Notes: generated by a model not told the origin, from the letters alone. 64,000 nucleotides of DNA from an uncultured beta proteobacterium (GCA_963717705.1 CAVQWT010000006.1:153465-217464); one strand, 5' to 3'. Positions 48,691-58,353 are shown, counted from the stretch's first letter. A program made the numbers and translations.

Positions 48691-48704
48691 TTGATCTGCA
48701 TCAA
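48691..48704. promoter_or_regulatory. perfect FNR box TTGATctgcATCAA
   Basis: Exact match to TTGAT-N4-ATCAA. Lies between the divergent DsbD_2-like gene (start 48548) and fnr (start 48757). Confidence 0.8.
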
Positions 48705-48756
48705 AGTCGCAGTCGCACCGTCCCGGTGCGGCAAGCGCGAGAGGAAGTGAACCGCC

Positions 48757-49560
48757 ATGCCAGCGCAACCGGTATCCAGCACCACGCCGCCCATGGCGCC
48801 CGCGACGCCCGCGGCTCCCGCACGGACCGGGGGGCCTGCGCCCGTCATCTCGATCCGGGACCTGAAGTCCCATTGCTCGACGTGCTCGATGCGCGAGCTG
48901 TGCCTGCCGGTCGGCCTCGACGCCGACGAGCTGAAGCAGATCGACGCCCTTCTCGGCGCCCGGATCAAGCTCAAGAAGGGCGAGTCGCTGTACCGCGCGG
49001 GCGACGCGTTCCACTCGCTGTTCGCGATCCGGCTCGGTTCGCTCAAGACCACGGTGCTGGCCGAGGACGGCCGCGAGCAGGTCTCCGGCTACCACATGCT
49101 CGGCGACATCATCGGCCTCGACGGCATCGGCACCGAGCACCACGGCTGCCAGGCCGTCGCGCTCGAGGACACCGAGGTCTGCGTGCTGCCGTTCGACCGG
49201 CTCGAGGACCTCGCCCGCGAAGTGCCGCCGCTGCAGCACAACCTCTACCAGTTCCTGTCGCGCGAGATCTCGCGCGACCACAACGTGATGCTGCTGCTCG
49301 GCAGCATGCGCGCCGAGGAACGGCTCGCCGTGTTCCTGCTCAACCTGGCCGACCGCTACCGCCGGCGCGGCTACTCGTCGACCGAGTACGTGCTGCGGAT
49401 GACGCGCGAGGAGATCGGCAGCTACCTCGGCCTCAAGCTCGAGACCGTGAGCCGGCTCTTCTCGCGGTTCCAGGAAGAAGGGCTGATCCAGGTGCAAGGT
49501 CGCGCGGTCAAGCTGCTCGACCCGGCGGCGCTGAAACACCTCGTCGGCCAGCGCACCTGA
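48757..49560 (+). CDS. fnr: FNR/Anr-type oxygen-sensing CRP-family transcription regulator
   Basis: 267 aa. N-terminal Cys cluster HCSTCSMRELC plus central Cys (HHGC), a cNMP-binding fold and the FNR-class HTH EEIGSYLGLKLETVSRLFSRF. Confidence 0.92.
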   Translation: MPAQPVSSTTPPMAPATPAAPARTGGPAPVISIRDLKSHCSTCSMRELCLPVGLDADELKQIDALLGARIKLKKGESLYRAGDAFHSLFAIRLGSLKTTVLAEDGREQVSGYHMLGDIIGLDGIGTEHHGCQAVALEDTEVCVLPFDRLEDLAREVPPLQHNLYQFLSREISRDHNVMLLLGSMRAEERLAVFLLNLADRYRRRGYSSTEYVLRMTREEIGSYLGLKLETVSRLFSRFQEEGLIQVQGRAVKLLDPAALKHLVGQRT

Positions 49561-49601
49561 GCCCGGCCGCGGCCCGCCTGCCGCGGCTGCCTTCGTTCCG
49601 C

Positions 49602-49949
49602 TCACCCCGGCCGCTGCGGCGCTTCGTCCGGCGCGCAGCACGCGCCGGGCTCGTCGCGCTTAGGACACCCCTCCGGGCGGGCCTGCGGCTCGATCGGACA
49701 GCGGTTGACCTCCCAGGGCGAACGCTCGAGGAACACGGTGAGCGCGGACGACGCGATGCCCAGCGCCCAGAAGCCGAAGAACCCCATCGTGTAGATCGCC
49801 GTGCGGGAGATCTCGAGCGGGGCGCCGAAGAAGTGGAGGTCGAACGGGTCGAACACGGTGAAGAAGATCGCCTCGGCGACACCCGCGACCAGGAACGACG
49901 GCCACATCACCCACATGAGGCGCTGCGCAAGGCTGCCGGTCGTCTGCAT
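49602..49949 (-). CDS. small two-TM protein with Cys-rich C-terminal tail (unknown family)
   Basis: 115 aa. The ATG follows GGGGAG. Two hydrophobic helices, then a tail NRCPIEPQARPEGCPKRDEPGACCAPDE. Last gene after ccoG-ccoH on the same strand. Confidence 0.65.
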   Translation of the reverse strand: MQTTGSLAQRLMWVMWPSFLVAGVAEAIFFTVFDPFDLHFFGAPLEISRTAIYTMGFFGFWALGIASSALTVFLERSPWEVNRCPIEPQARPEGCPKRDEPGACCAPDEAPQRPG

Positions 49950-50007
49950 GTCCGCTCCCCTCCTCGTTTCGGTCGACCCGTCGCGCCGGGCGACGGCAAG
50001 GCCGGCT

Positions 50008-50535
50008 TCAGCGCGACGACGCGCCGAACGTCGCCCGGCCTCCGGCGCCGTCGACGTCCAGCGTCGGCAGCCGCCAGGTGTCGGTTTCCAGCGTGACCCG
50101 CCAGCGCCCGGCGCCGAGCGGCTGGACTTGCCCGGTGTAGGCGCCGTCGGCTCCGCGCGCCAGCGTCGCGGTCCGGTCGAACCCGGCGCGCGTCGGGTGA
50201 ACCACCTTCAGCGTCAGCGCTGCGGGCCCAACCTCGGCGTTGCCCCCCAGCGTGACGCGCACCCCGCCGTCGGCGGCGATGGCGAGATCCGCGGCGATGC
50301 CCAGCGCGAGGCCGCGCTCGGTGCGCTCGAGCGTGCGATTGATCACCAGCCCGCGCTTGTAGTAATCGTCGGCGATGACGCCGTCGTCGGTGCTCGCGGC
50401 GAGCCATAGCGTCGCGAAGCCGGCGACGACCACGATCGCCGGCCCGGCGATCAGCAGCCACGGCCAGCGCTGCCGGTACCAGGGCACCGCAGGGGAAACG
50501 GTCTCGCGGGGGATGCTCATGACGGAAGTATGCAT
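50008..50535 (-). CDS. ccoH: FixH/CcoH-family cbb3 oxidase assembly protein
   Basis: 175 aa. PWYRQRWPWLLIAGPAIVVVAGFATL..DDYYKRG is the typical FixH N-terminus. The start may be 50535 or 50520. Confidence 0.8.
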   Translation of the reverse strand: MHTSVMSIPRETVSPAVPWYRQRWPWLLIAGPAIVVVAGFATLWLAASTDDGVIADDYYKRGLVINRTLERTERGLALGIAADLAIAADGGVRVTLGGNAEVGPAALTLKVVHPTRAGFDRTATLARGADGAYTGQVQPLGAGRWRVTLETDTWRLPTLDVDGAGGRATFGASSR

Positions 50536-50550
50536 CGGGCGGGGCGGCTT

Positions 50551-51990
50551 TCAGCGGGGGAACAGGAAAGTCGAGTCCTCGCGCCGGACCAGCGGCGACT
50601 CGCCCTCGGAACGGATCACGAACTCGATGCGGTGGGCGCCCGGCTTGGCCGACTCCGCCGGCGCCTGGACGCGCAGCGGCACCATCCGCGTGGCCGCGCC
50701 GTCGAGCGGGATCGGCTGGTCGACGCCGACGACCCTGGCGCCGGGCAGTCCCTCGACCTCGACGGTGAAGCGATGCGGGGCCTCGGCCGTGTTCATGACC
50801 TGCAGCCGGTAGACGTTCTCGATCACGCCGGGCGTCGTCTCGCGCGCAAGCGCGCCGCGGTCGCGCAGCACGTCGACCTTCAGCGGATTGCGCAGCGCCA
50901 GCGAGACGCCCGCCGCGACCGCGATGACGACCAGCAGCGACACGTAGATCAGCGTGCGCAGGCGCAGGACGCGGCGCCACATCTCACGGTAGCCGAAGCC
51001 CTCGGTCAGCGAGTTCTCGGAGGCGAAGCGGATCAGCCCCTTCGGGTAGCCCATCTTGTCCATCACCTGGTCGCAGCCGTCGACGCAGGCGGCGCAGCCG
51101 ATGCACTCGTACTGCAGGCCCTTGCGGATGTCGATGCCCGTCGGACACACCTGGACGCAGATCGAGCAGTCGATGCAGTGCCCGAGCCCCGCCTGCGCGA
51201 GATCGGTCTTCCTGCTGCGCGAGCCTCGCGGCTCGCCCCGACCGGAGTCGTAGGCGATGATCATCGTGTCCTTGTCGAACATCACCGACTGGAAGCGCGC
51301 GTACGGGCACATGTACTTGCACACCTGCTCGCGCATCCATCCGGCGTTGCCGTACGTCGCGAAGCCGTAGAACAGGATCCAGAAGACCTCCCACCCGCCC
51401 AGGGCGAACGGAATGGCGGTGATCAGCTCGCGGATCGGGGTGAAGTAGCCGACGAAGGTGAGCCCGGTCCACAGTGCGATCGCGATCCAGATCGCGTGCT
51501 TGGCGACCTTGCGCCCGGCCTTCGCCGCCGACAGCGGCTGGCCGTCGAGCCGCATCCGCGCCTGGCGGTCGCCTTCGATCTTCCGCTCGACCCAGAGGAA
51601 GATCTCGGTATAGACGGTCTGCGGGCAGGCGTAGCCGCACCAGAGGCGGCCGGCGATGGCGGTGAACAGGAACAGCGAGTACGCGCTGAGGATCAGCAGG
51701 ATCGACAGGTAGATGACGTCCTGCGGCCAGAACACGAGGCCGAAGATGTAGAACTTGCGCGCGGCGAGGTCGAACAGCACCGCCTGGCGGTCGTTCCACT
51801 GCAGCCACGGCAGGCCGTAGAAGACGATCTGCGTCACGAACACCAGCGCCCAGCGCCAGGTCGCGAAGGTTCCCGTCACCGCGCGCGGGTAGATCTTCTT
51901 GCGGATCTCGTAGAGCGAGACCTCCTCGACCGGCACGGCGGTGCCGCCGGTGGTGGCGGCGGCGGAAAGGGGCTTGTCGGGGAGCGTCAT
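50551..51990 (-). CDS. ccoG: cbb3 oxidase accessory protein CcoG/FixG (4Fe-4S)
   Basis: 479 aa. CGYACPQ, CKYMCPYARFQ and CIDCSICVQVCPTGIDIR...CIGCAACVDGC. Confidence 0.93.
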   Translation of the reverse strand: MTLPDKPLSAAATTGGTAVPVEEVSLYEIRKKIYPRAVTGTFATWRWALVFVTQIVFYGLPWLQWNDRQAVLFDLAARKFYIFGLVFWPQDVIYLSILLILSAYSLFLFTAIAGRLWCGYACPQTVYTEIFLWVERKIEGDRQARMRLDGQPLSAAKAGRKVAKHAIWIAIALWTGLTFVGYFTPIRELITAIPFALGGWEVFWILFYGFATYGNAGWMREQVCKYMCPYARFQSVMFDKDTMIIAYDSGRGEPRGSRSRKTDLAQAGLGHCIDCSICVQVCPTGIDIRKGLQYECIGCAACVDGCDQVMDKMGYPKGLIRFASENSLTEGFGYREMWRRVLRLRTLIYVSLLVVIAVAAGVSLALRNPLKVDVLRDRGALARETTPGVIENVYRLQVMNTAEAPHRFTVEVEGLPGARVVGVDQPIPLDGAATRMVPLRVQAPAESAKPGAHRIEFVIRSEGESPLVRREDSTFLFPR

Positions 51991-52103
51991 TGCGGAGAGG
52001 GGTCGGCGTCAGCAGGTGCGCCGGGGCAGGCGCCCGGTTCGGCCCCACGCAGCCGCCCGGAGGTGCGCGCCGCCGCCGGGAGCAGCGGCGGCGCGCAGTT
52101 GGA

Positions 52104-53081
52104 TCACTTCGATGCGGCGGCCTGCGGCTTGTTGGACAGGCCCCACACGTAGGCGGCAAGGATCTGCACCTTGCCGGCGCCGAGGGTGTCCTTGTGCGCC
52201 GGCATCGCCGGATGATTCGCGTCGAGGTTGAGGTGCCGACCCTTGTTGACACCTTCGGCGATCGTCGCTTCCGAACTGCCGTACAGCCAGATCTGGTCGG
52301 TGAGGTTGGGCGCGCCGACAGCCTGGTTGCCCTTGCCTTCCGGCCCGTGGCACGCGGCGCACACGGCGAAACTCGCCTTCCCGAGTTCGGCCTTGGTCCC
52401 GTCGTGAGAGAGGCCCGACATGGAACGGACGTAGGCGACGACGTTCTTGACGCCTTCGTCTCCCAGCGCCGCGCCGAGCGCAGGCATGACGCCCATCCGA
52501 CCGTTCAGGATCGACTCGCGGATCACCTCGGGCTCACCGCCCCAAAGCCAGTCGCTGTCGCGCAGGTTGGGGAAGCCACGCGCACCGCCGGCGTCGGACC
52601 CATGGCACTGCGCGCAGTTGTTCAGGAACAGCCGCTCTCCCATCGCGCGGGCCTGCGGGTCGGCGGCAACCTGCTTCAGGTCCATCGCGAGGTACTTGTC
52701 GTACAGCGGCTTGACCTTGGCGTCGGCGGCGCTGGTCTCCTTCGCCCACGCGTCGGTCGAGCTCCAGCCGAGCACGCCCGGCACGTTCCCGAAGCCGGGG
52801 TAGAGGATCAGGTAGCCGATCGAGAACACGATCGTGATCCAGAACAGCCACACCCACCACTTCGGCAGCGGGTTGTTGTACTCGGCGAGGTCGCCGTCCC
52901 AGATGTGCCCGGTGATCTCGACCGCGTTGCCGCCGGGTCCGCCCGCAGCGGGCGCCTTCCCCGGCCCCGCCGCTACCTTCGCCTTGCCGGTGCGCCACAG
53001 CAGCCACCCGCAGCCGAGGATGCTGACGGCGGTGATGACGATTACGTACCAGCTCCAGAAACCCGATGTGAAATCGCTCAT
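52104..53081 (-). CDS. ccoP: cytochrome-c oxidase cbb3-type subunit III (dihaem)
   Basis: ATG at 53081, 325 aa. Two CxxCH motifs (CAQCH, CAACH). Its start overlaps the ccoQ stop (ATGA). Confidence 0.93.
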   Translation of the reverse strand: MSDFTSGFWSWYVIVITAVSILGCGWLLWRTGKAKVAAGPGKAPAAGGPGGNAVEITGHIWDGDLAEYNNPLPKWWVWLFWITIVFSIGYLILYPGFGNVPGVLGWSSTDAWAKETSAADAKVKPLYDKYLAMDLKQVAADPQARAMGERLFLNNCAQCHGSDAGGARGFPNLRDSDWLWGGEPEVIRESILNGRMGVMPALGAALGDEGVKNVVAYVRSMSGLSHDGTKAELGKASFAVCAACHGPEGKGNQAVGAPNLTDQIWLYGSSEATIAEGVNKGRHLNLDANHPAMPAHKDTLGAGKVQILAAYVWGLSNKPQAAASK

Positions 53082-53272
53082 GACCGCTGCTCCACGCTGT
53101 TGCCGTCTTTCGCCGCCACGTCGTCCGGGAGAGCGAACGGCGCATTCGCCGCCGCCTCGAACGCGCGCTCGCGCTTGCGGCTGTACGCCCACACGACCAC
53201 GCCGATGAATCCGGCGAAGGCCGCGACCGTCGTCGCACTCGCCAGCCAGGTATAGATGACCGGGGGTTCCAT
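53078..53272 (-). CDS. ccoQ: cbb3-type oxidase subunit IV CcoQ
   Basis: 64 aa with a single TM. Positioned between ccoO and ccoP. Confidence 0.75.
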   Translation of the reverse strand: MEPPVIYTWLASATTVAAFAGFIGVVVWAYSRKRERAFEAAANAPFALPDDVAAKDGNSVEQRS

Positions 53273-53275
53273 CGC

Positions 53276-53890
53276 CTACCTCGCGTTCTTCATGGCCAGC
53301 CCGAGGTTCTGCAGGTACGCGATGACCGCGTCCTCCTCGGTCTTGCCCTTGAGGTCGCCCTCGGCCTTGGCGATTTCCTCGTCGGAGTACGGCGCGCCGA
53401 GCATGCGCAGCGTGCGCATCTTGGCGACGATGTCCGCGGCGTCCGCCGGGCTCTTCGCGAGCCACGGGTACGCCGGCATGTTCGACTCGGGCACGACGTC
53501 GCGCGGGTTGGCGAGATGCACCCGGTGCCAGTCGTCTGAATAGCGGCCGCCGACGCGCTGCAGGTCCGGACCGGTGCGCTTGCTGCCCCACTGGAACGGC
53601 CGGTCGTAGACGTACTCGCCGGCGACCGAGTACGGACCGTAGCGCTCGGTCTCGGCGCGGAACGGACGCACCATCTGCGAATGGCAGTTGTAGCAGCCCT
53701 CGCGGACGTAGACGTCGCGGCCGGCCAGTTGCAGCGCCGAGTACGGCTTGAGCCCGGCGATCGGCTGCGTCGTCGACTTCTGGAAGTACAGCGGGATGAT
53801 CTGCACCAGCCCGCCCACCGAGACGACCAGGATGATCATGACGATCAGCCAGCCGACGTTCTTCTCCATCAATTCCTGATTGAGCTTCAT
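53276..53890 (-). CDS. ccoO: cytochrome-c oxidase cbb3-type subunit II (monohaem)
   Basis: 204 aa. [11 protein letters not shown] haem motif and an N-terminal TM. Confidence 0.95.
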   Translation of the reverse strand: MKLNQELMEKNVGWLIVMIILVVSVGGLVQIIPLYFQKSTTQPIAGLKPYSALQLAGRDVYVREGCYNCHSQMVRPFRAETERYGPYSVAGEYVYDRPFQWGSKRTGPDLQRVGGRYSDDWHRVHLANPRDVVPESNMPAYPWLAKSPADAADIVAKMRTLRMLGAPYSDEEIAKAEGDLKGKTEEDAVIAYLQNLGLAMKNAR

Positions 53891-53930
53891 CGTTCGCTCC
53901 GGATCACGTGTTCGTTCGAGCGATCGCCGC

Positions 53931-55365
53931 TCAGGCGTGGGCCGGCACGCCGGCCGGGATCGGCGCCTCGTACGCCTTGCCGCCGCGCACCGTCTGCCAC
54001 ACGTTCCAGGCCATGATCAGCATGCCGGCGAAGAACAGCGTGCCACCGACGAAGCCGGATCGCGTAGAACGGGTAGGTCGCCTTGACGCTTTCGACGAAT
54101 GCGTAGGTCAGCGTGCCGTCGGCGTTGACCGCGCGCCACATCAGGCCCTGCATCACCCCGGCGATCCACATCGCCGCGATGTACAGCACGACGCCGATGG
54201 TGGCGATCCAGAAGTGCGTCGTGATGAGGCGCACCGACCACATCTCGGTCTTGCCGAACATCCGCGGGATCAGGTAGTACATCGAGCCGATCGAGATGAA
54301 CGCGACCCAGCCCAGCGCGCCCGAGTGCACGTGCCCGATCGTCCAGTCGGTGTAGTGCGACAGCGCGTTGACCGTCTTGATCGACATCATCGGCCCCTCG
54401 AACGTGCTCATGCCGTAGAACGACAGCGAGACGATGAGGAACTTCAGGATCGGGTCTTCGCGCAGCTTGTACCAGGCGCCCGACAGCGTCATGATCCCGT
54501 TGATCATGCCGCCCCACGAGGGCGCCAGCAGGATCAGCGAGAACACCATCCCGAGCGATTGCGTCCAGTCGGGCAGTGCGGTGTAGTGCAGATGGTGCGG
54601 ACCCGCCCACATGTAGGTGAAGATCAGCGCCCAGAAGTGCACGACCGAAAGCCGGTAGCTGTAGATCGGGCGGCCCGCCTGCTTGGGCACGAAGTAGTAC
54701 ATCATCCCCAGGAAGCCCGCGGTCAGGAAGAAGCCGACCGCGTTGTGGCCGTACCACCACTGCACCATCGCGTCCTGCACGCCGGCGTAGGCAGAGTACG
54801 ACTTCCACAGCGTCACCGGCACCGCCGCGCTGTTGACGACGTGCAGCAGCGCCACGGTCAGGATGAACGCGCCGAAGAACCAGTTGGCGACGTAGATGTG
54901 CGGCGTCTTGCGCTTGACCAGGGTGCCGAAGAACACGACGGCGTAGGAGACCCAGACCAGCGTGATCAGGATGTCGATCGGCCACTCGAGCTCGGCGTAT
55001 TCTTTCCCGGAGGTGACCCCCAGCGGCAACGTCACCGCCGCCAGCACGATGATCAGGTTCCAGCCCCAGAAGGTGAACGCGGCGAGCGCGTCGGAGAACA
55101 GCCGCACCTGGCACGTGCGCTGGACGACGTAGTAGGACGTCGCGAACAGTGCGCAACCTCCGAACGCGAAGATCACCGCGTTGGTGTGCAGCGGCCGCAG
55201 GCGCCCGTACGACAGCCACGGCACCGCCGGCAGGACCTCCGGCCACAGCAGCTGGGCGGCGATGATGACGCCGACGAGCATCCCCACGATGCCCCAGACG
55301 ACCGTCATGATCGAGAACCAGCGCACCACCTTGTAATTGAACGTCGCCGTCGCGGCTGCCGTCAT
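53931..55365 (-). pseudogene. ccoN: cytochrome-c oxidase cbb3-type subunit I CcoN with a +1 frameshift near 54054-54057
   Basis: Intact through ...[15 protein letters not shown]. The expected last helix [25 protein letters not shown]...PAHA* continues in another frame to a stop at 53931. As written, the ORF runs into an Arg-rich tail ending at 53887. The span is 1441 nt (3n+1). ATG 55365 follows GGGGGA (TTG at 55371 is also possible). Confidence 0.85.
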
Positions 55366-55485
55366 GGTCAAATCCCCCTAGGAACTGCGAACGCGGTCGT
55401 CACGGACCCCGGGTCCGCCACGGTTGCCAGCAGCGGACACACCCCCGGCGCGTGCCGGGCGCGACCGCCAAGAACTTCCTCGATG

Positions 55486-55704
55486 CTACTGAGCCCGATC
55501 CACCCCGATCTTGATCGAAGTCAATTCCGCCTGTTGCTGCGCAACATTGTCCACCTGCGACGGAATGTCGTCATCGGCGAGGATCCGGTGCGCGGGACCT
55601 TCGAGATCGTCGAACTGACCGCTCCTCACCGACCACCAGAACACGCCGCCGATCAGGCCCACGAGCGCGACCGACACCGGGATCAGCAGCAACAGGATAT
55701 CCAC
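55486..55704 (-). CDS. ccoS: cbb3 oxidase maturation protein CcoS/FixS
   Basis: 72 aa, GTG start. MDILLLLIPVSVALVGLIGGVFWWSVRSGQFDDLEGPAHRIL is the typical CcoS sequence. Confidence 0.8.
   Translation of the reverse strand: MDILLLLIPVSVALVGLIGGVFWWSVRSGQFDDLEGPAHRILADDDIPSQVDNVAQQQAELTSIKIGVDRAQ
55511..55524. promoter_or_regulatory. FNR-like box TTGATcgaaGTCAA upstream of ccoN
   Basis: One mismatch to the consensus. Lies about 150 nt upstream of the ccoN ATG, inside the 3' end of the ccoS ORF. Confidence 0.6.
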
Positions 55705-58268
55705 TAGGCCTCCCCGGCCCGCGAGCGCGGCGCCGCATCAGGCAGCGCGCATATTCGTCGATCGTCATGCATGGCGTCCGTCGGCGGATTCCCCGGCAGC
55801 CGCGCGACGCGCAGCGCGTTGGCGACGACCAGCAGCGACGACGCCGACATGCCGATCGCCGCCACCAGCGGCGTCACGTATCCCAGCGCCGCGGCGGGAA
55901 TCGCCACCGCATTGTAGGCGAATGCCCACAGCAGGTTTTGCCGCACGATGCCGAGCGTTCGCCGCGCATGGCGGATCGTCGCGGTCAGACGCCCGAGGTC
56001 GTCGGCGAGGATGACGATGTCGGCCGTCCACTGCGCCAGCGGCGTCGCGCTGCCGAGGCTTGCCGACACCTGTGCCTGCGCCAAGGCTGGCGCGTCGTTG
56101 ATGCCGTCGCCGACCATTGCCACCACGGCGCCGCCGGCCTGCAGCGCGGCGATCGCCTCCCGCTTGTCCTCGGGCAGCGTGTCGCCGCGCGCGTCGGCGA
56201 TCCCGAGCGCCGCCGCCGTCGCCGCCACGGCGGCCTGCCGGTCGCCGGACAGCAGCACCGGCGTGATGCCCAGTGCGCGCAGCTCGGCGACGAGGCCCTG
56301 CGCCCCTGGGCGAAAGCGGTCGCCGAGGGCGAACACCGCCAGCGGTCCCTGCGCGTCTCCCAGCACCACGTGGCTGTCGGTCGGGCCGCCCGGCATCGCG
56401 TCGGCGCGAAGCCCGCCGGACAAGGCGGCGACGAACGACGCGCGCCCCAGGCGCAGCGGGACGCCGTCGACCGTGCCCTCGAGACCACGGCCCGGCTCGA
56501 CCACCACGCCGGTCGCCTCCGCGCGCGGCAGCCCCTGCGCTGCTGCGCGCAGGGCTCCGGCAAGCGGATGCTCCGACGGCGCCTCGAGCGCCGCGGCGAG
56601 CGCCAGCGCCCGCTCGCGCGTGGTGCCGCGGAACAGCGCGACGTCGGTGAGCCCGGGGCGGCCCTCGGTGAGCGTCCCGGTCTTGTCGAGCACGACGTGG
56701 GTGACGGCGGCGAAGGACTCCAGCGCATCGGGCCGGGTAACGACGACCTGCCGCCGCGCCAGCGCGCCCGCGGCGGCGGCAAGCGCCGCCGGCGTGGCCA
56801 GCGACAGCGCGCAGGGACAGGACACGACCAGCAGCGCGAAGGTCACCGGCAGCGCACGCGCCGGGTCGACCTGCCACCAGACCAGCGCGGTGGCCGCGGC
56901 CAGCACCAGCAGGCCCGCGACGAACCACTGGGCCACGCGATCGGCAAGGCGTGCGACCCGCGGGCGCCCCGTCGCCGCGCGTGCGGCGGCGCGCTCGATC
57001 GCAGCCAGGCGCGTGGCGTCGCCCGCGGCGGTCACCCTGACGACGAGCGTCCCGTCGCAGGCGATGCTGCCCGCGAGCACGCGCTCGCCGGCGCCGCGCA
57101 CGCGAGGCTGCGATTCCCCGGTCAGGATCGCCTCGTCGACGGCGGCGCGACCGTCGATCACGACCCCGTCGCAGGGCACCGGCGCCCCGGCGCGCACCAG
57201 CACGAAATCCCCGCCGGCGAGCGCGGCCGCACCGACGGTCTCGGCGTCGCGCGATCGCGGAAAGCCGGGCAGCCGCTCGGCAGTCGCCGGCTGCGCCCGC
57301 GCGACCGCCTCGATCGCGTCCCCTGCGCGGCGGCGCGCGCCGAGCTCGACGTAGCGGGCGACGAGCAGCAGCGCAATGAACATCGTCACCGAGTCGTAAT
57401 AGACGGCGCCGTCGCCGGTGAACGTCGCCCACGCGCTGGCGCCGAACGCCGCAGCGAGGCCCAGCGCCACCGGCACGTCCATGCCGGGCCGCGCGAGCTT
57501 CAGGTCGCGCCAGGCGCCGTGGAAGAACGGCGAGGCGGCATACAGCAGCGCCGGCAGCGTCAGCGTCAGGCTCGCCCACTCCAGCAGCCGCCGATGCTCG
57601 GGGTCGACGCCGTCGACGGTCACGTAGGTCGGCACCGCGAACATCATCACCTGCATCATCGCCAGCAGCGCGACGCTCATCCGCAGCAGCAGCGCGCGCG
57701 ACTCGCGGCGTGCGAACTCCTCGCGCCGCGCCGGATCGTACGGGTACGCGCGATAGCCGACCGCGGCGACCGCGCGCAACACCGCCGACACGCGCGCCTC
57801 GGCGGAATCGAACACCACCCGCGCGCGCCGCGTCGCGAAATTGACGCTGGCCTCGCGCACCCCGGGCTGCCGTGCGAGCCACGACTCGAGCAGCCAGACG
57901 CAGGCCCCGCAGTGCATCCCCTCGAGCAGCAGCGCGATCTCGCGGCCGCCGTCCGGCAGCGCCCGGACGAACCCCGACTGCGCCGCCGGATCGTCCCAGC
58001 GCGACCACTCGTCGTCGGGCGCCTCGCCCGGGCGGTCGGCGTTGACGGTGCGCCGGTCGTAGAACGCGTCGAGACCGGCGGCGTGGATCGTCTGCGCGAC
58101 GGCCACGCAGCCGGCGCAGCAGAACTCGCGCGGCGAACCGGCGACGACGGCGCGCCAGCGGGCGCCCGGCGGGTTGGGAAGCCCGCAGTGGTAGCAGGCC
58201 GAGCCGGCGCCGTGCGCCGACGCCGACGGGTCCGCCGGCGCGGGCGCGGGAGAGAACGGCAAAGTCAT
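55704..58268 (-). CDS. ccoI: copper-translocating P1B-type ATPase CcoI/FixI
   Basis: 854 aa. N-terminal CxxC pairs, CPC in the membrane domain (SCPCAL), DKTGTLT and GDGINDAP motifs. Confidence 0.92.
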   Translation of the reverse strand: MTLPFSPAPAPADPSASAHGAGSACYHCGLPNPPGARWRAVVAGSPREFCCAGCVAVAQTIHAAGLDAFYDRRTVNADRPGEAPDDEWSRWDDPAAQSGFVRALPDGGREIALLLEGMHCGACVWLLESWLARQPGVREASVNFATRRARVVFDSAEARVSAVLRAVAAVGYRAYPYDPARREEFARRESRALLLRMSVALLAMMQVMMFAVPTYVTVDGVDPEHRRLLEWASLTLTLPALLYAASPFFHGAWRDLKLARPGMDVPVALGLAAAFGASAWATFTGDGAVYYDSVTMFIALLLVARYVELGARRRAGDAIEAVARAQPATAERLPGFPRSRDAETVGAAALAGGDFVLVRAGAPVPCDGVVIDGRAAVDEAILTGESQPRVRGAGERVLAGSIACDGTLVVRVTAAGDATRLAAIERAAARAATGRPRVARLADRVAQWFVAGLLVLAAATALVWWQVDPARALPVTFALLVVSCPCALSLATPAALAAAAGALARRQVVVTRPDALESFAAVTHVVLDKTGTLTEGRPGLTDVALFRGTTRERALALAAALEAPSEHPLAGALRAAAQGLPRAEATGVVVEPGRGLEGTVDGVPLRLGRASFVAALSGGLRADAMPGGPTDSHVVLGDAQGPLAVFALGDRFRPGAQGLVAELRALGITPVLLSGDRQAAVAATAAALGIADARGDTLPEDKREAIAALQAGGAVVAMVGDGINDAPALAQAQVSASLGSATPLAQWTADIVILADDLGRLTATIRHARRTLGIVRQNLLWAFAYNAVAIPAAALGYVTPLVAAIGMSASSLLVVANALRVARLPGNPPTDAMHDDRRICALPDAAPRSRAGEA

Positions 58269-58353
58269 GGATGCAGCCTAAGCGGCGGCCCCGGGGGGGT
58301 CAAGCCGGAATCGAGCCGCGTTTGACCGCCCGGCGCAGGTGGTTGCCGGGGCG

